Shown here one piece after another: positions 51,628 through 61,684 of a DNA stretch of 64,000 nucleotides. Position 1 is the first letter of the stretch. Every line of letters begins with the position of its first letter. Origin of the DNA: Candidatus Woesebacteria bacterium RIFCSPLOWO2_01_FULL_39_23 (GTDB taxonomy: Bacteria; Patescibacteriota; Microgenomatia; UBA8517); the NCBI GenBank assembly GCA_001793095.1, contig MGHG01000009.1, positions 15,450 through 79,449 of the forward strand, given 5' to 3'. Made by a program: the position numbers and the translations under genes. The notes under the pieces were generated by a model. The model was given only the letters and a program-made list of their open reading frames with translations. It was not told where the DNA came from and searched no databases.

Positions 51628-53652
51628 TCAATTCGGGACGATGTTTTTTGATTTTATTTGAGCAATAAGTTGCCGGTAGTCATTGGGGTTTGAGATAACC
51701 TCTTTTGCAATCTCTTTGGCTTTTTTTATCAAATAGATATCCTGCCAGTTCGCAATTTTCAGATTATGAAAACCATGCTGACGGGTGCCGAAAATTTCAC
51801 CTGGGCCTCTTAATTTCAAATCTAGCTCAGCAAGTTCGAAGCCGGATTTATTTTCTTTCAATGCTTTTAGGCGTGCTCTTACTAGCCTTGAGGTATTTTC
51901 GGTAAACAGTAGACAGTACGACTTTTTTTCTCCTCTGCCGATTCTGCCTCGCAATTGGTGAAGTTGTGCTAAACCGAAACGTTCAGATGCCTCGATTATC
52001 ATAATTGTTGCATTTGGTATATCAATACCGACTTCAACTACGGGCGTAGATACAAGAATTTCTATATCTCCTTTACTGAATTTGTCTAACATTAAGTTCT
52101 TGTCTTTGGCTTTTTGTTTTCCGTGCAGAAGTCCTACGTGGTAGTCTTTAAAAATCTTTGTTAACTTTTCGTATTCCCGAGTCGCGGCTTTAATTTGTTT
52201 CATAGTTTCGATTTGTGGCTCTTCAATCAATGGACAAATCACGAAAGCTTGAGTTTTAAATTCTTTAATTTGTTTTTTGATCCAGTCATAAGCGGAGTTG
52301 CGTTTGAATTGAGGTACAATCCAGGTTGTTATTGGCCTTCTACCTCCTGGAAGCTCATCCAGCGTTGATAAATCAAGATCTCCGTAGAAAGTTAATGCTA
52401 CAGTACGGGGTATGGGTGTTGCAGTAAGTGTTAATACATGGGGCGAAGTTCTTCTGTCTCCGGCTTTTTTGATTAAATGTGCACGCTGTTCTACTCCGAA
52501 TCGGTGTTGTTCGTCTATTACTACTAATGCAACTTTGTCAAATTTGACCTTTTTGTGAATCAAAGCGTGTGTTCCGACAATAATGTCGCTTTTACCTAAG
52601 TCGGCTTTTACCCCCTCTGACGTGATTAAGCTTATTCTGACCTTAAAAGCAGCAAATATCGTATTGAGAGTGTTGAAGTGCTGGTTTGCGAGTATTTGAG
52701 TAGGAGCCATAAATACGCTTTGATAGCCTTCGGTAAACGCTGCAAATGCGGCAGCTGCCGCTACCGCAGTTTTGCCGCTTCCTACATCGCCCTCCAAAAG
52801 CCTATTCATAGGATAACTTTTACTTAAATCAGAAAAAATTTCTTTAACTGCATGCTTTTGGGAATCTGTTAAAGAAAAAGGGAGCGAGGCTAAGAACATG
52901 TCAAAGGTGTCGTTATCTATGTTTAAACTTTTTGCAACTTTAACTTTTTGCCAATCATTTTTTTTGTCGAGGCTTGAGACCTGGTGGTATAAAAGTTCGT
53001 CGAAAGCCAGTCTTTTTTTACCGATTTCAGCTTGTTCTAAGTTATCTGGGAAATGACTATGAAGTAGTGATGAGTAAAGATCGGGTAATTTTAGTTTTTT
53101 CAGGAGCTTATCCGGTAAAGGATCGGAAATCTCAGACTTATGAAGGTTTATAATAGTAAATATTTTTCCGCGGAGCCACTTTGAAGAGACCCTCGCCGTT
53201 TCCGGATAAATAGGCACAAGTCTTCCGGTATGTAAATTGTTTGATCCAATTTCCACGCTTTCATACTCAGGACTCATGAGCGTAATTTTTCTGTTGAAGA
53301 GAGTGGCTTTCCCGGAAAAAGAATATAATCCTCCTTTGGAGATATTTTTAATGAGATACGGTTGGTTAAACCAGACGACTTGCATTAATCCGCTTTTATC
53401 TTCTACTTCCCCGATTTGTATTTTTTTACCGTATCGGGTGTAAATATTTTTAATTGAGAGAATGGTACCTTTTATGGTAACTGTTTCTTCCGGTTGGACT
53501 TCCCGTATCGGTGACAGTGTTCGGAAATCGTTATACCGGTGAGGAACGTGGTAAAGCAGGTCACCAAGAGTAGTTATATCAAGTTTATTGAGCCTTTTAG
53601 CATACGCCGGACCAATCGTCGGAAGCTTACTCACGGGTAAATCCAAGTTCAT
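51628..53652 (-). CDS. recG: ATP-dependent DNA helicase RecG
   Basis: MNRLLEGDVGSGKT, DEQHRFG, TATPIPRT, FGLAQLHQLRGRIGRG, DLKLRGPGE; start 53652 or 53664. Confidence 0.96.
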   Translation of the reverse strand: MNLDLPVSKLPTIGPAYAKRLNKLDITTLGDLLYHVPHRYNDFRTLSPIREVQPEETVTIKGTILSIKNIYTRYGKKIQIGEVEDKSGLMQVVWFNQPYLIKNISKGGLYSFSGKATLFNRKITLMSPEYESVEIGSNNLHTGRLVPIYPETARVSSKWLRGKIFTIINLHKSEISDPLPDKLLKKLKLPDLYSSLLHSHFPDNLEQAEIGKKRLAFDELLYHQVSSLDKKNDWQKVKVAKSLNIDNDTFDMFLASLPFSLTDSQKHAVKEIFSDLSKSYPMNRLLEGDVGSGKTAVAAAAAFAAFTEGYQSVFMAPTQILANQHFNTLNTIFAAFKVRISLITSEGVKADLGKSDIIVGTHALIHKKVKFDKVALVVIDEQHRFGVEQRAHLIKKAGDRRTSPHVLTLTATPIPRTVALTFYGDLDLSTLDELPGGRRPITTWIVPQFKRNSAYDWIKKQIKEFKTQAFVICPLIEEPQIETMKQIKAATREYEKLTKIFKDYHVGLLHGKQKAKDKNLMLDKFSKGDIEILVSTPVVEVGIDIPNATIMIIEASERFGLAQLHQLRGRIGRGEKKSYCLLFTENTSRLVRARLKALKENKSGFELAELDLKLRGPGEIFGTRQHGFHNLKIANWQDIYLIKKAKEIAKEVISNPNDYRQLIAQIKSKNIVPN

Positions 53653-53672
53653 ACTTAAGATCATACCACCTG

Positions 53673-53780
53673 CTAAAAAATATAAAAAAGAATGGGAAGA
53701 AACGTTGTTAGTAGAAGTGCAATAGTTGCAATCATTACGAGTACTTTTACAAACTTTTGTTGTTTTTTACTTCTTAGCAT
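53673..53780 (-). CDS. Small single-TM protein, 35 aa (not in ORF track)
   Basis: MLRSKKQQKFVKVLVMIATIALLLTTFLPILFYIF*, 3 nt after the tyrS stop. Confidence 0.6.
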   Translation of the reverse strand: MLRSKKQQKFVKVLVMIATIALLLTTFLPILFYIF

Positions 53781-53783
53781 GTG

Positions 53784-54938
53784 TTATTTCACTTTGATAA
53801 ATCTTTTTTTACCTATTCTGATAATATCTCCTTTGGCTAAGTTAATAATACTATTGGGTATTAAAACTTTCTGGTCGTTAAGCTCGACTGCACCCTCTAA
53901 AACCAATTTTTTAGCGTGGACCGTACTCCCCGTGGCATTGGAAAGAATAGGTAGCATTCTGGCTTGATATTGCCCAGGTTTAATGAAAATTTCGATTTGC
54001 GCCTCGTTATATTTGTGCTCTTTATGTACTTGGTCAAATTTTAACTCGGCTTGGTTAGCTGAAGATTTGCCGAAATAATTTGACGTAATTTCTTTAGCTA
54101 GGTTTCTCTTGAGAAGATATGGATTTCGATCATTAGGTTTATTCTCTATTATGACGTTGGTACATAATTCGTAATACTCAGGAATCAAATCGTCTGATAT
54201 TGACATTACCTTTCCATATATATCGAAAGCATTTGTATTTATTGGAATGTAATTTCCTGCGGATTTACTCATCTTAGAGCCGTCAGTTCCTAATAAAAGT
54301 TTCATTATTACCACGTCTTGTTCTTTCTGTCCGTAGCGCTTTTGCATCTGTCTGCCCATAAGAAGGTTAAATTTCTGATCAGTCCCTCCCAACTCTACGT
54401 CGGCTCTCAGCCGTACTGAGTCATACCCCTGCATTAGTGGGTATAGAGTTTCAAGATAGGATACATCGTCACCCTCCTCAACTCTTTGACGGAAGTCTTT
54501 TCTCTCAAAAATTTGAGCGAGAGTTGCTTTTGATGCAAGTTCAAATATTTTATATAAATCCATTTTTGCTAACCAGGTACTGTTATACTCAAATTTTACT
54601 TTTTTTAAATCTAATATTTTCCCCGCCTGTTCCTTGTAAGACGTCATATTTTTTTCTATTTCTTCTTTTGTTAAAACTTTCCTTGAGACATTCCTTCCGC
54701 TAGGATCACCTATACTCGCGGTAAAATCTCCAATGACAAGAACTGCCTGATGTCCTAAATCTTGGAATTGGCGTAGTTTTCTTAGAACTACCGCATGACC
54801 CAAATGAAGATCTGTTCCCGTAGGATCAATTCCAAGTTTAACGATCAGTTTTTCACTGGATCTAAGCTTGTTAATGAGAGATTCTCTGACTATTATCTCA
54901 TCAACGCTGCTCGTCAAAACTTCATCGATTTTATCCAT
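53784..54938 (-). CDS. tyrS: Tyrosine--tRNA ligase
   Basis: GIDPT..DLHLGH, YPLMQGYD, GGTDQKFN, KMSKS, S4-like C-terminus. Confidence 0.96.
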   Translation of the reverse strand: MDKIDEVLTSSVDEIIVRESLINKLRSSEKLIVKLGIDPTGTDLHLGHAVVLRKLRQFQDLGHQAVLVIGDFTASIGDPSGRNVSRKVLTKEEIEKNMTSYKEQAGKILDLKKVKFEYNSTWLAKMDLYKIFELASKATLAQIFERKDFRQRVEEGDDVSYLETLYPLMQGYDSVRLRADVELGGTDQKFNLLMGRQMQKRYGQKEQDVVIMKLLLGTDGSKMSKSAGNYIPINTNAFDIYGKVMSISDDLIPEYYELCTNVIIENKPNDRNPYLLKRNLAKEITSNYFGKSSANQAELKFDQVHKEHKYNEAQIEIFIKPGQYQARMLPILSNATGSTVHAKKLVLEGAVELNDQKVLIPNSIINLAKGDIIRIGKKRFIKVK

Positions 54939-55001
54939 AATAAATGCATTTTAATCCTAAATACTTGGTGCGTCAAAGCCCATTGGGTGTATCATTAATA
55001 G

Positions 55002-57686
55002 GTGGGAAAGTTTATGGATGAATTTAGGCATTTTAAGGGTGATTTGATACAATTTGTAGAGTCTAGAAAATTCATGGCTGTTTGGAAACAAAGATTACAA
55101 AAAAGAAATAGTTTTTATAGTACTAGGCAACGCAAAATCTCAGGAAATTCACTGAAAAGAAAACTTTATTTTCTGACAAAGTTTTCTTTTCTAGGTATTA
55201 TATTTTTATTTTTGAGCTCATTTATAGTATTTCCCCTTGTAGCCTACGATCTCCCCTCGCCGGAGAAAGTAGTAAGACACGAAGGATTCTCGACAAAGAT
55301 TTTGGACAGGAACGGCGAAGTTCTGTACGATATTTATGCCAACGAGAGGAGATCTCCTGCTAAATTTGAGGACATCCCAGATTATTTAAAGGAGGCAACA
55401 ATAGCAATAGAAGATAAGAATTTTTATAAACATAAGGGTTTTGACCCAACGGGAATATTAAGGGGTTTATCAAAGATTTTTACAACTGGAAGAGCTCAGG
55501 GAGGATCGACACTTACTCAGCAACTTGTTAAGAATGTTTTGGTGGGAAACGAGAGATCAATTTTCAGAAAAATTAAGGAATTTATTTTAGCTGTCCAAAT
55601 TGAGAAAAAGTACACTAAGGATGAAATATTGCAGATGTATTTGAACGAAGCCCCATACGGCGGAACTGCTTGGGGAGTTGAAGCCGCTTCCGAGATTTAT
55701 TTTGGTAAAAACGTAAAAGATTTAGATTTGGTAGAATCGGCGATTTTAGCGGGTCTTCCACAACGCCCTTCTTATTACTCACCTTATTCGACACATCCGG
55801 ATGCCTATGTAGACAGAACAAAAGGGGTCTTAAGGCGAATGCGAGAGGATGGGTATATTACCGAAGAACAAGAGAATGAGGTTGTCGACATGTTACCTGA
55901 TGTAAATTTTATCGGCAAAGGGGGAAATTTTAAGGCACCGCACTTCGTACAATATGTTCAAAGTGTTCTCGAGGATAGATACGGTGATACTATTATTGAG
56001 CAGGGAGGATTGAAAGTGACAACCACTCTTGATTGGAAACTTCAGGAGACCGCTCAGGAAATTGTGGCCGAAGAAATAGAAAAAGTGGCGAAGTTGAAGA
56101 TCGGTAACGGGGCAGCTGTAGTATTAAATCCTGAAACAGGTGAAATTCTTGCCATGGTAGGATCGAAGGACTTTAATGCACCTGATTATGATGGTCAATT
56201 CAATGTTACGACAGCCCCCCGCCAACCCGGATCCGCTATAAAACCCATTACTTATGCCACTGCTTTGAAAAAAGGTTATACACCTTCAACTTTGATCATG
56301 GACGTTCCGACAAAATTCCCGGGAGGTATCGGCCAGCCTGTTTATGAACCTGTAAATTACGATGGAAAATATCGCGGTCCGATTCAACTTCGCTATGCAT
56401 TGGCTAACTCAATTAACATTCCGGCCGTAAAAATGCTGGCGAGAGTCGGTATTAAAGACGTCCTTGAAACTGCCTATGATCTTGGTATATCGACCCTGCC
56501 GCCTACACAGGATACTTTAGACCGGGTTGGGTTATCTCTTACATTGGGCGGTGGTGAAGTCAGATTACTGGAGCTAACAGGCGCATATTCGGCTCTTATG
56601 AATAAGGGCTATAAAGTCGAACCGGTTTCAATATTAAAGATCGAGGACGCAAATGGGAAGATCATGGAAGAAAATAAACCCGAAAAGGGAAAACATGTAT
56701 TAAGTGACGAAGAAGCATATTTAATAGCCAATATTCTTTCAGATAACGATGCCAGATCCCAAGTCTTTGGGACGAATTCGCTCTTAAATATACCCGGAAA
56801 AACCGTAGCCGTTAAAACCGGAACAACAAATGACAAGAAAGATAATTGGACAATCGGCGGTAATACACAAGCTTTGGTCGGGGTATGGGTGGGAAATAAC
56901 GACAACACGTCTATGCTGCAAGTCGCCTCGGGGGTGACAGGGGCTTCTCCGATTTGGAGAAAGATTTTATTGGAAGCACTGCAAGATAAACCCAATGTTC
57001 GTTTTGACGTGCCTGCCGGTATTGTAACTGCTGCAGTTGATACAGTTTCGGGTTTCGCTACCCATGATGGCTATCCGTCGAGGATTGAATTGTTTGTGAA
57101 AGGAACTGAACCGGGAGAGGATCCTATTCATGTTAAATTAAAAGTTTGTAAGTCTGACGGAAAATTGGCAACGCCTTCGGATATTGCAGCCGGGAATTAC
57201 GATGAAAAAGAATATTTTGTATTCAAAGAGGAAGATGCAACCGGTGGAATTGAAGGAGAAAATATGTGGCAAAAAGGTATTTTGGATTGGATGGCGACAC
57301 AGGCTGATTCTAAATATCATCCCCCGACTGATTATTGCGGAACGCAAAATCCGGTTAATGTGGAATTTGTATCACCTCACGACCATGATTCCAATTTACC
57401 CAATAAGTTTAATATGGAGGTACGAGCCGATTCGACGGCAGATATAATCGAAGTGACATTTGAGATTGATGGGATGAAACTTCGCTCATTTACAGCTCCT
57501 CCCTATAAAGACGATGTTGAGCTTACGGACGGTATCCACGAACTGCGTGCAATAGCCCGCGATTCCAATGGCAAGGAATCGGATAGACGGATAAAAATAG
57601 GTGTACACGTTCCCTGGGACTACTCCCCTTCCCCGACACCAACGGTTACTCCCATTCCTTCGCCCGTAATTACGCTCACATTGTAA
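55002..57686 (+). CDS. Class A penicillin-binding protein (PBP1A family) with C-terminal Ig-like domain
   Basis: EDKNFY.H.G, GGSTLTQQLVKN, SAIK (SxxK), SIN, KTGTT; C-terminal beta domain and PT tail; start uncertain. Confidence 0.93.
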   Translation: MGKFMDEFRHFKGDLIQFVESRKFMAVWKQRLQKRNSFYSTRQRKISGNSLKRKLYFLTKFSFLGIIFLFLSSFIVFPLVAYDLPSPEKVVRHEGFSTKILDRNGEVLYDIYANERRSPAKFEDIPDYLKEATIAIEDKNFYKHKGFDPTGILRGLSKIFTTGRAQGGSTLTQQLVKNVLVGNERSIFRKIKEFILAVQIEKKYTKDEILQMYLNEAPYGGTAWGVEAASEIYFGKNVKDLDLVESAILAGLPQRPSYYSPYSTHPDAYVDRTKGVLRRMREDGYITEEQENEVVDMLPDVNFIGKGGNFKAPHFVQYVQSVLEDRYGDTIIEQGGLKVTTTLDWKLQETAQEIVAEEIEKVAKLKIGNGAAVVLNPETGEILAMVGSKDFNAPDYDGQFNVTTAPRQPGSAIKPITYATALKKGYTPSTLIMDVPTKFPGGIGQPVYEPVNYDGKYRGPIQLRYALANSINIPAVKMLARVGIKDVLETAYDLGISTLPPTQDTLDRVGLSLTLGGGEVRLLELTGAYSALMNKGYKVEPVSILKIEDANGKIMEENKPEKGKHVLSDEEAYLIANILSDNDARSQVFGTNSLLNIPGKTVAVKTGTTNDKKDNWTIGGNTQALVGVWVGNNDNTSMLQVASGVTGASPIWRKILLEALQDKPNVRFDVPAGIVTAAVDTVSGFATHDGYPSRIELFVKGTEPGEDPIHVKLKVCKSDGKLATPSDIAAGNYDEKEYFVFKEEDATGGIEGENMWQKGILDWMATQADSKYHPPTDYCGTQNPVNVEFVSPHDHDSNLPNKFNMEVRADSTADIIEVTFEIDGMKLRSFTAPPYKDDVELTDGIHELRAIARDSNGKESDRRIKIGVHVPWDYSPSPTPTVTPIPSPVITLTL

Positions 57687-57722
57687 ATTTGTCTTCTGTG
57701 ATATAATACTTTACGAATTAAT

Positions 57723-58082
57723 ATGTCACCCGAACAGCATACAGATAACCATACTTTCGAGGTTTTAATTGATGATCAGAAAGTAATTATTAATCCTAAT
57801 AAAAAAGACGAATTATCCAATTTGGTCTTGGATACAATAGGACAGGCACATGCTGACTTAAGATCTATGGAAAGAAGCGTACACTTTAAACCGAGTGGAA
57901 GACGTCGTACAAAACACGAATCCTCACAAGTTAGGAAAGAAGTCCAACCCAAAATTGAAGAACTCAGAAGGCAGTTAAAAGTGCTCCATGGAGAAAAATC
58001 CTTACCTGCAATACATACTGTAAAAGATAAAGATGGTAATGTGGTAGGTTTGGGTTTTAAAAACTCGTTAGTCTCAAGTTAG
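57723..58082 (+). CDS. Hypothetical protein
   Basis: 119 aa ORF preceded by an extended -10 (TGATATAAT). Confidence 0.55.
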   Translation: MSPEQHTDNHTFEVLIDDQKVIINPNKKDELSNLVLDTIGQAHADLRSMERSVHFKPSGRRRTKHESSQVRKEVQPKIEELRRQLKVLHGEKSLPAIHTVKDKDGNVVGLGFKNSLVSS

Positions 58083-60031
58083 TTTTCCTTGATAGTCACT
58101 CCATACTTCGTTCTTAATATTCTGAATATTTCCTTCCTAATTTTATCCACCTCTGAGTCTGTTAGTGTTCTATTTGGAGACTGGTAAGAAATCCTAAAGG
58201 TGTATGAATCACCGAAAATATCCATTAGTCTAACTTCTGTTAATTGGTCATGTGTTGATTGAATAGCGGCTATTACTTTACCTATTTCGGTTTTGGTAGG
58301 GATGATAAGTGTCAAATCTTCAATTTGAGGAGGGAAATTTGGCCATAACGCTACGGGTATCACTGCGGCGTTATCAAGCAATTTATCAAGATAAATTTCG
58401 GTAAAATAAGTATCTTGTAGCATGCCCCCGATCCCTATAACCGCCTTTTTAACACGTATGTTAAAAGATTTAGCAAGGCCAGAATTATCGGCTGACGAGT
58501 ACTGCATCTCCGTAATTTGCATGAGTTTCAGAAACGCCTCTAGATAGCCTTTGAATTTTCTAAAATCGTTATTTTTTTTATTCCAATATGCAATTCCTAG
58601 AGCTCGATTTTCAATGTATTTTGAATTTTTTTGATAATAGATTTTTCCTACTTCAAAAATTCTGGCGCTTTCGCCTCGTTCATTTTTTATTTTAGTAACA
58701 TAACTAATGAGACTCGGTAAAATTGTCATTCTCATCTCCTCGATTTCGGGTGATGGGCGATTTTCAATTGTTATCGGTGATGCCTTATCGCTTAATAAGA
58801 GGTTGTATTTTTGCAATTCAGGATTAACAAACGGCAGGCTTATGATCTCATCAAAACCAAGAGAGGTTAGCGAATTCTTGATGTCATTTTCTTGCTTGAT
58901 AAAATCCGGTGTAATATTTTCGGGTATTTCGAGCGCTAAAGTCTTGGTTGAAATTTCGTCGTAACTTAAAATTCTAAGGATTTCTTCGATTACATCTTCC
59001 TGACCTTCAACATCGGTTCTGAAAGTTGGAATTTGTACTTCGATTTCATTATCATTAACGGAAATTATATTAAAGTAAAGTCTTTTTAGAATTTTTAATA
59101 CAGCATCCTTCTCTATTATTAATCCCGATAAAGAAGTAAGATAATTAAAGTTCAGTATTAGTGTTCGAGGTTTTACGGGTTTGGGATAGTAATCAAATAT
59201 CCCGCCGTCAATGCTTCCCCAATTATATTTTTTAAGAAGATATAAAAACCTTTTAATGCCTTCTTCAACAAGATTGGAGTCCAGCTCTTTCTCGTGCCTA
59301 ATCCCCGCGTCGGTCAGAAGATAATGTCGATGAACGGTTCTCCGAATATTGGCTTGGTTATAGCTTGCGGCTTCGAGTAAGACGTGGGTAGTCATATCGC
59401 TAATCGAATGATACTTACCGCCAACTGCTCCAGCTACTGAAAGAACTGATTTTTCGTCAGCCCATACGAGGTCGTCCGATATCAATTTAATGTTCATATC
59501 CTGAAATGTTGTTATTTCCTCGCCAACTTTAGCAAGTCGGACTTTTAAGAATTTCCCCAGTTTTTCCGAATCAAAAGCATGCATCGGTTGACCGGTTTCG
59601 AGCATTACATAGTTAGTAAGATCAACAATATTATTGAGGGCGGGTATTCCGTACTCTTCCAATCTTCGGCGAATCTCCGGAGGAGAGGGAGTAATTTTGA
59701 CGTCTTTTATTCTTATTGCCATGACACGCTTAACGAATTGTGATTCAGCGTTTATTGTGAAGTCTTTCAATGCGTGTGTGAGTTTGGTATCTTGATATAA
59801 AGGAAGTTCTTTGAGTTGTTTATCAAAAATGGCTGAAATTTCCCTAGCGATACCCCGAATTGAATAGCAGTCGGCTCTGTTACCTCGTAGTTCCAGGTCA
59901 AGTATGCGATTTTCATTAACTTCGTCAATTTTATCCAGCATATGTCCAGCCATCGTAAGACGGTCAGTTAGTACGGATAATTTATCGGGTAAGCTGACGT
60001 ACTCTTTGAGCCAATTAATTGGGAATCGCAT
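58079..60031 (-). CDS. pheT: Phenylalanine--tRNA ligase beta subunit (short form lacking the OB/B2 domain)
   Basis: MRFPINWLKEYV, NRADC.S.RGIARE, NNIVDLTNYV..ETGQPMHAFD, R.DV...DVIEE, RTLTDSEV. Confidence 0.93.
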   Translation of the reverse strand: MRFPINWLKEYVSLPDKLSVLTDRLTMAGHMLDKIDEVNENRILDLELRGNRADCYSIRGIAREISAIFDKQLKELPLYQDTKLTHALKDFTINAESQFVKRVMAIRIKDVKITPSPPEIRRRLEEYGIPALNNIVDLTNYVMLETGQPMHAFDSEKLGKFLKVRLAKVGEEITTFQDMNIKLISDDLVWADEKSVLSVAGAVGGKYHSISDMTTHVLLEAASYNQANIRRTVHRHYLLTDAGIRHEKELDSNLVEEGIKRFLYLLKKYNWGSIDGGIFDYYPKPVKPRTLILNFNYLTSLSGLIIEKDAVLKILKRLYFNIISVNDNEIEVQIPTFRTDVEGQEDVIEEILRILSYDEISTKTLALEIPENITPDFIKQENDIKNSLTSLGFDEIISLPFVNPELQKYNLLLSDKASPITIENRPSPEIEEMRMTILPSLISYVTKIKNERGESARIFEVGKIYYQKNSKYIENRALGIAYWNKKNNDFRKFKGYLEAFLKLMQITEMQYSSADNSGLAKSFNIRVKKAVIGIGGMLQDTYFTEIYLDKLLDNAAVIPVALWPNFPPQIEDLTLIIPTKTEIGKVIAAIQSTHDQLTEVRLMDIFGDSYTFRISYQSPNRTLTDSEVDKIRKEIFRILRTKYGVTIKEN

Positions 60032-60032
60032 A

Positions 60033-61034
60033 TTAGTACTTAATGTCTCCGTTATATAAACTTCGGATATCGGATATTCCGAATCTGTCCATGACAATCC
60101 GGTCTAATCCCATCCCGAAAGCGAAACCGCTAATTTCTCTCGGGTTATAACCGGCATTTTTTAAAATAATGGGGTGGATCATACCAGATCCGAGCATTTC
60201 TATCCAACCTCTTCCTTTGCATACACTACAACCTTTCATCTTGCAGAATTGGCAATCCAAATCCAATCCTGCTCCCGGTTCAACTTCTGGGTAATATTTA
60301 CACCTGAACCTGATATGGCGTTTTTCCCCAAAGAATTTCTTAACAAAGTAAAATAGAGTGCCTTTAAGATCGGCCATTGAAAGACCCTGCTGTAAAGCGA
60401 AACCTTGGAATTGATAAAACATAGCATTATTACTGGCGTTAGCCTTTTCCTCGCGATAGCATTTACCCGCAACGACGATTCTAAAGGGTGGTTTTATATC
60501 AGATAATGCTCTTGCTTCAACGGAAGAAGTATGTGTCCTAAGGACATAATCCGGCTCCTGAATGTAGAGAGCATCCTGCAGGCTTCTTGCTGGGTGATCT
60601 TTGGGCAAATTAAGTTTTCCGAAGTTAAATTCATCTGTTTCAATCTCGGGACCCTCATACATAGAAAATCCTAGATGATGAAAGATTTTAAACATGTCAT
60701 TAATCACAATTGATGTCGGGTGCAAGTGTCCGATTTTATATTCAATTCCGGGAACTGAGGCATCAAACCATGTTTTTTTTAATGACTCTCGGTTAATAAT
60801 TTCATTCTTCTTTTGGTTTAAAGCACTTTCAATAGCATGTTTAGCTTCATTTATGGAAATTCCTACTTCTCCTCGCTCCTCGGTTTTTAAGTTCTTTAAC
60901 TCTTTTGTCAAGCTGTTTACTTTTCCGTTTCTGCCTAGATAAGAAATTTTCAATTCATCTATTTCAGCCAATAAAATGACGTCCATAATTCGTGCAATGG
61001 CTTCGTTTTTTAGGTTTAAAATATCTTCACGCAT
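60033..61034 (-). CDS. pheS: Phenylalanine--tRNA ligase alpha subunit
   Basis: GHLHP, GPEIET, HPARSLQD, LRTHTS, GWIEMLGSGMIHP, GFAFGMGLDR. Confidence 0.96.
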   Translation of the reverse strand: MREDILNLKNEAIARIMDVILLAEIDELKISYLGRNGKVNSLTKELKNLKTEERGEVGISINEAKHAIESALNQKKNEIINRESLKKTWFDASVPGIEYKIGHLHPTSIVINDMFKIFHHLGFSMYEGPEIETDEFNFGKLNLPKDHPARSLQDALYIQEPDYVLRTHTSSVEARALSDIKPPFRIVVAGKCYREEKANASNNAMFYQFQGFALQQGLSMADLKGTLFYFVKKFFGEKRHIRFRCKYYPEVEPGAGLDLDCQFCKMKGCSVCKGRGWIEMLGSGMIHPIILKNAGYNPREISGFAFGMGLDRIVMDRFGISDIRSLYNGDIKY

Positions 61035-61169
61035 GTTTAGATAGTAGTTGATAGTTTATGGTTGATGGAAAAATGCCATGAACTCAATACTAACTAACTA
61101 CTAAACTTATTTATATGTATTTTAGACGATTTTACTTGGTAATTGTAAATGTGTTTGCATCAGAACTCT

Positions 61170-61430
61170 TCAGATAGCATTCTTATTGGGGTCTGAACCC
61201 CAAGATATTTTATTTCTCATCTGTTCTTCGGTTTCACCAAGCTTTTTTAGTAATTCCTCAGTTTCTCTATCTTGCTTTCTTTTACTCACAGTAATTTGTA
61301 TCAACCTTCTATTCTCACGCGAATTACCGTATGTTCGATTAAGCCAGCCGGCAATCCGTGTAGCTCCTCTATTAGATTTAGATTCTTTTACCTTTTGTAA
61401 ACCATCTTCCAGGCTTTCAATATTTGTCAT
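61170..61430 (-). CDS. Hypothetical protein (86 aa) between the attenuator and pheS
   Basis: AAAGAGGTGA SD before MTNIESLED. Confidence 0.55.
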   Translation of the reverse strand: MTNIESLEDGLQKVKESKSNRGATRIAGWLNRTYGNSRENRRLIQITVSKRKQDRETEELLKKLGETEEQMRNKISWGSDPNKNAI

Positions 61431-61570
61431 ATTTGTCACCTCTTTTTTTACGATTAATAACTTAATGACATACCCTACGCAACTTAGCTTTTGCCTTTTT
61501 AATACTGTTCGTATACGGCTCAAGCTGCGTTTACTGTAGGGTCGTTTTATTTTTAGTAAATTAAAGCTGT

Positions 61571-61600
61571 AAAACGAAAAAACCCCGCCGGTGCGGGGTT
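61571..61600 (-). terminator. Attenuator terminator (3:4 hairpin)
   Basis: AACCCCGC-ACCG-GCGGGGTT-TTTTCGTTTT on the minus strand. Confidence 0.8.
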
Positions 61601-61626
61601 AATCCACAACAAGCTCTAACCCCGCG

Positions 61627-61671
61627 TTAGGTGAGGTTAAAGCTAAAATATTTAACTACTAAATTTCTCAT
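61627..61671 (-). CDS. Putative PheM-like leader peptide MRNLVVKYFSFNLT
   Basis: 14-codon ORF with Tyr-Phe-Ser-Phe overlapping attenuator segment 1. Confidence 0.65.
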   Translation of the reverse strand: MRNLVVKYFSFNLT

Positions 61672-61684
61672 ATTGAAAAGTATT

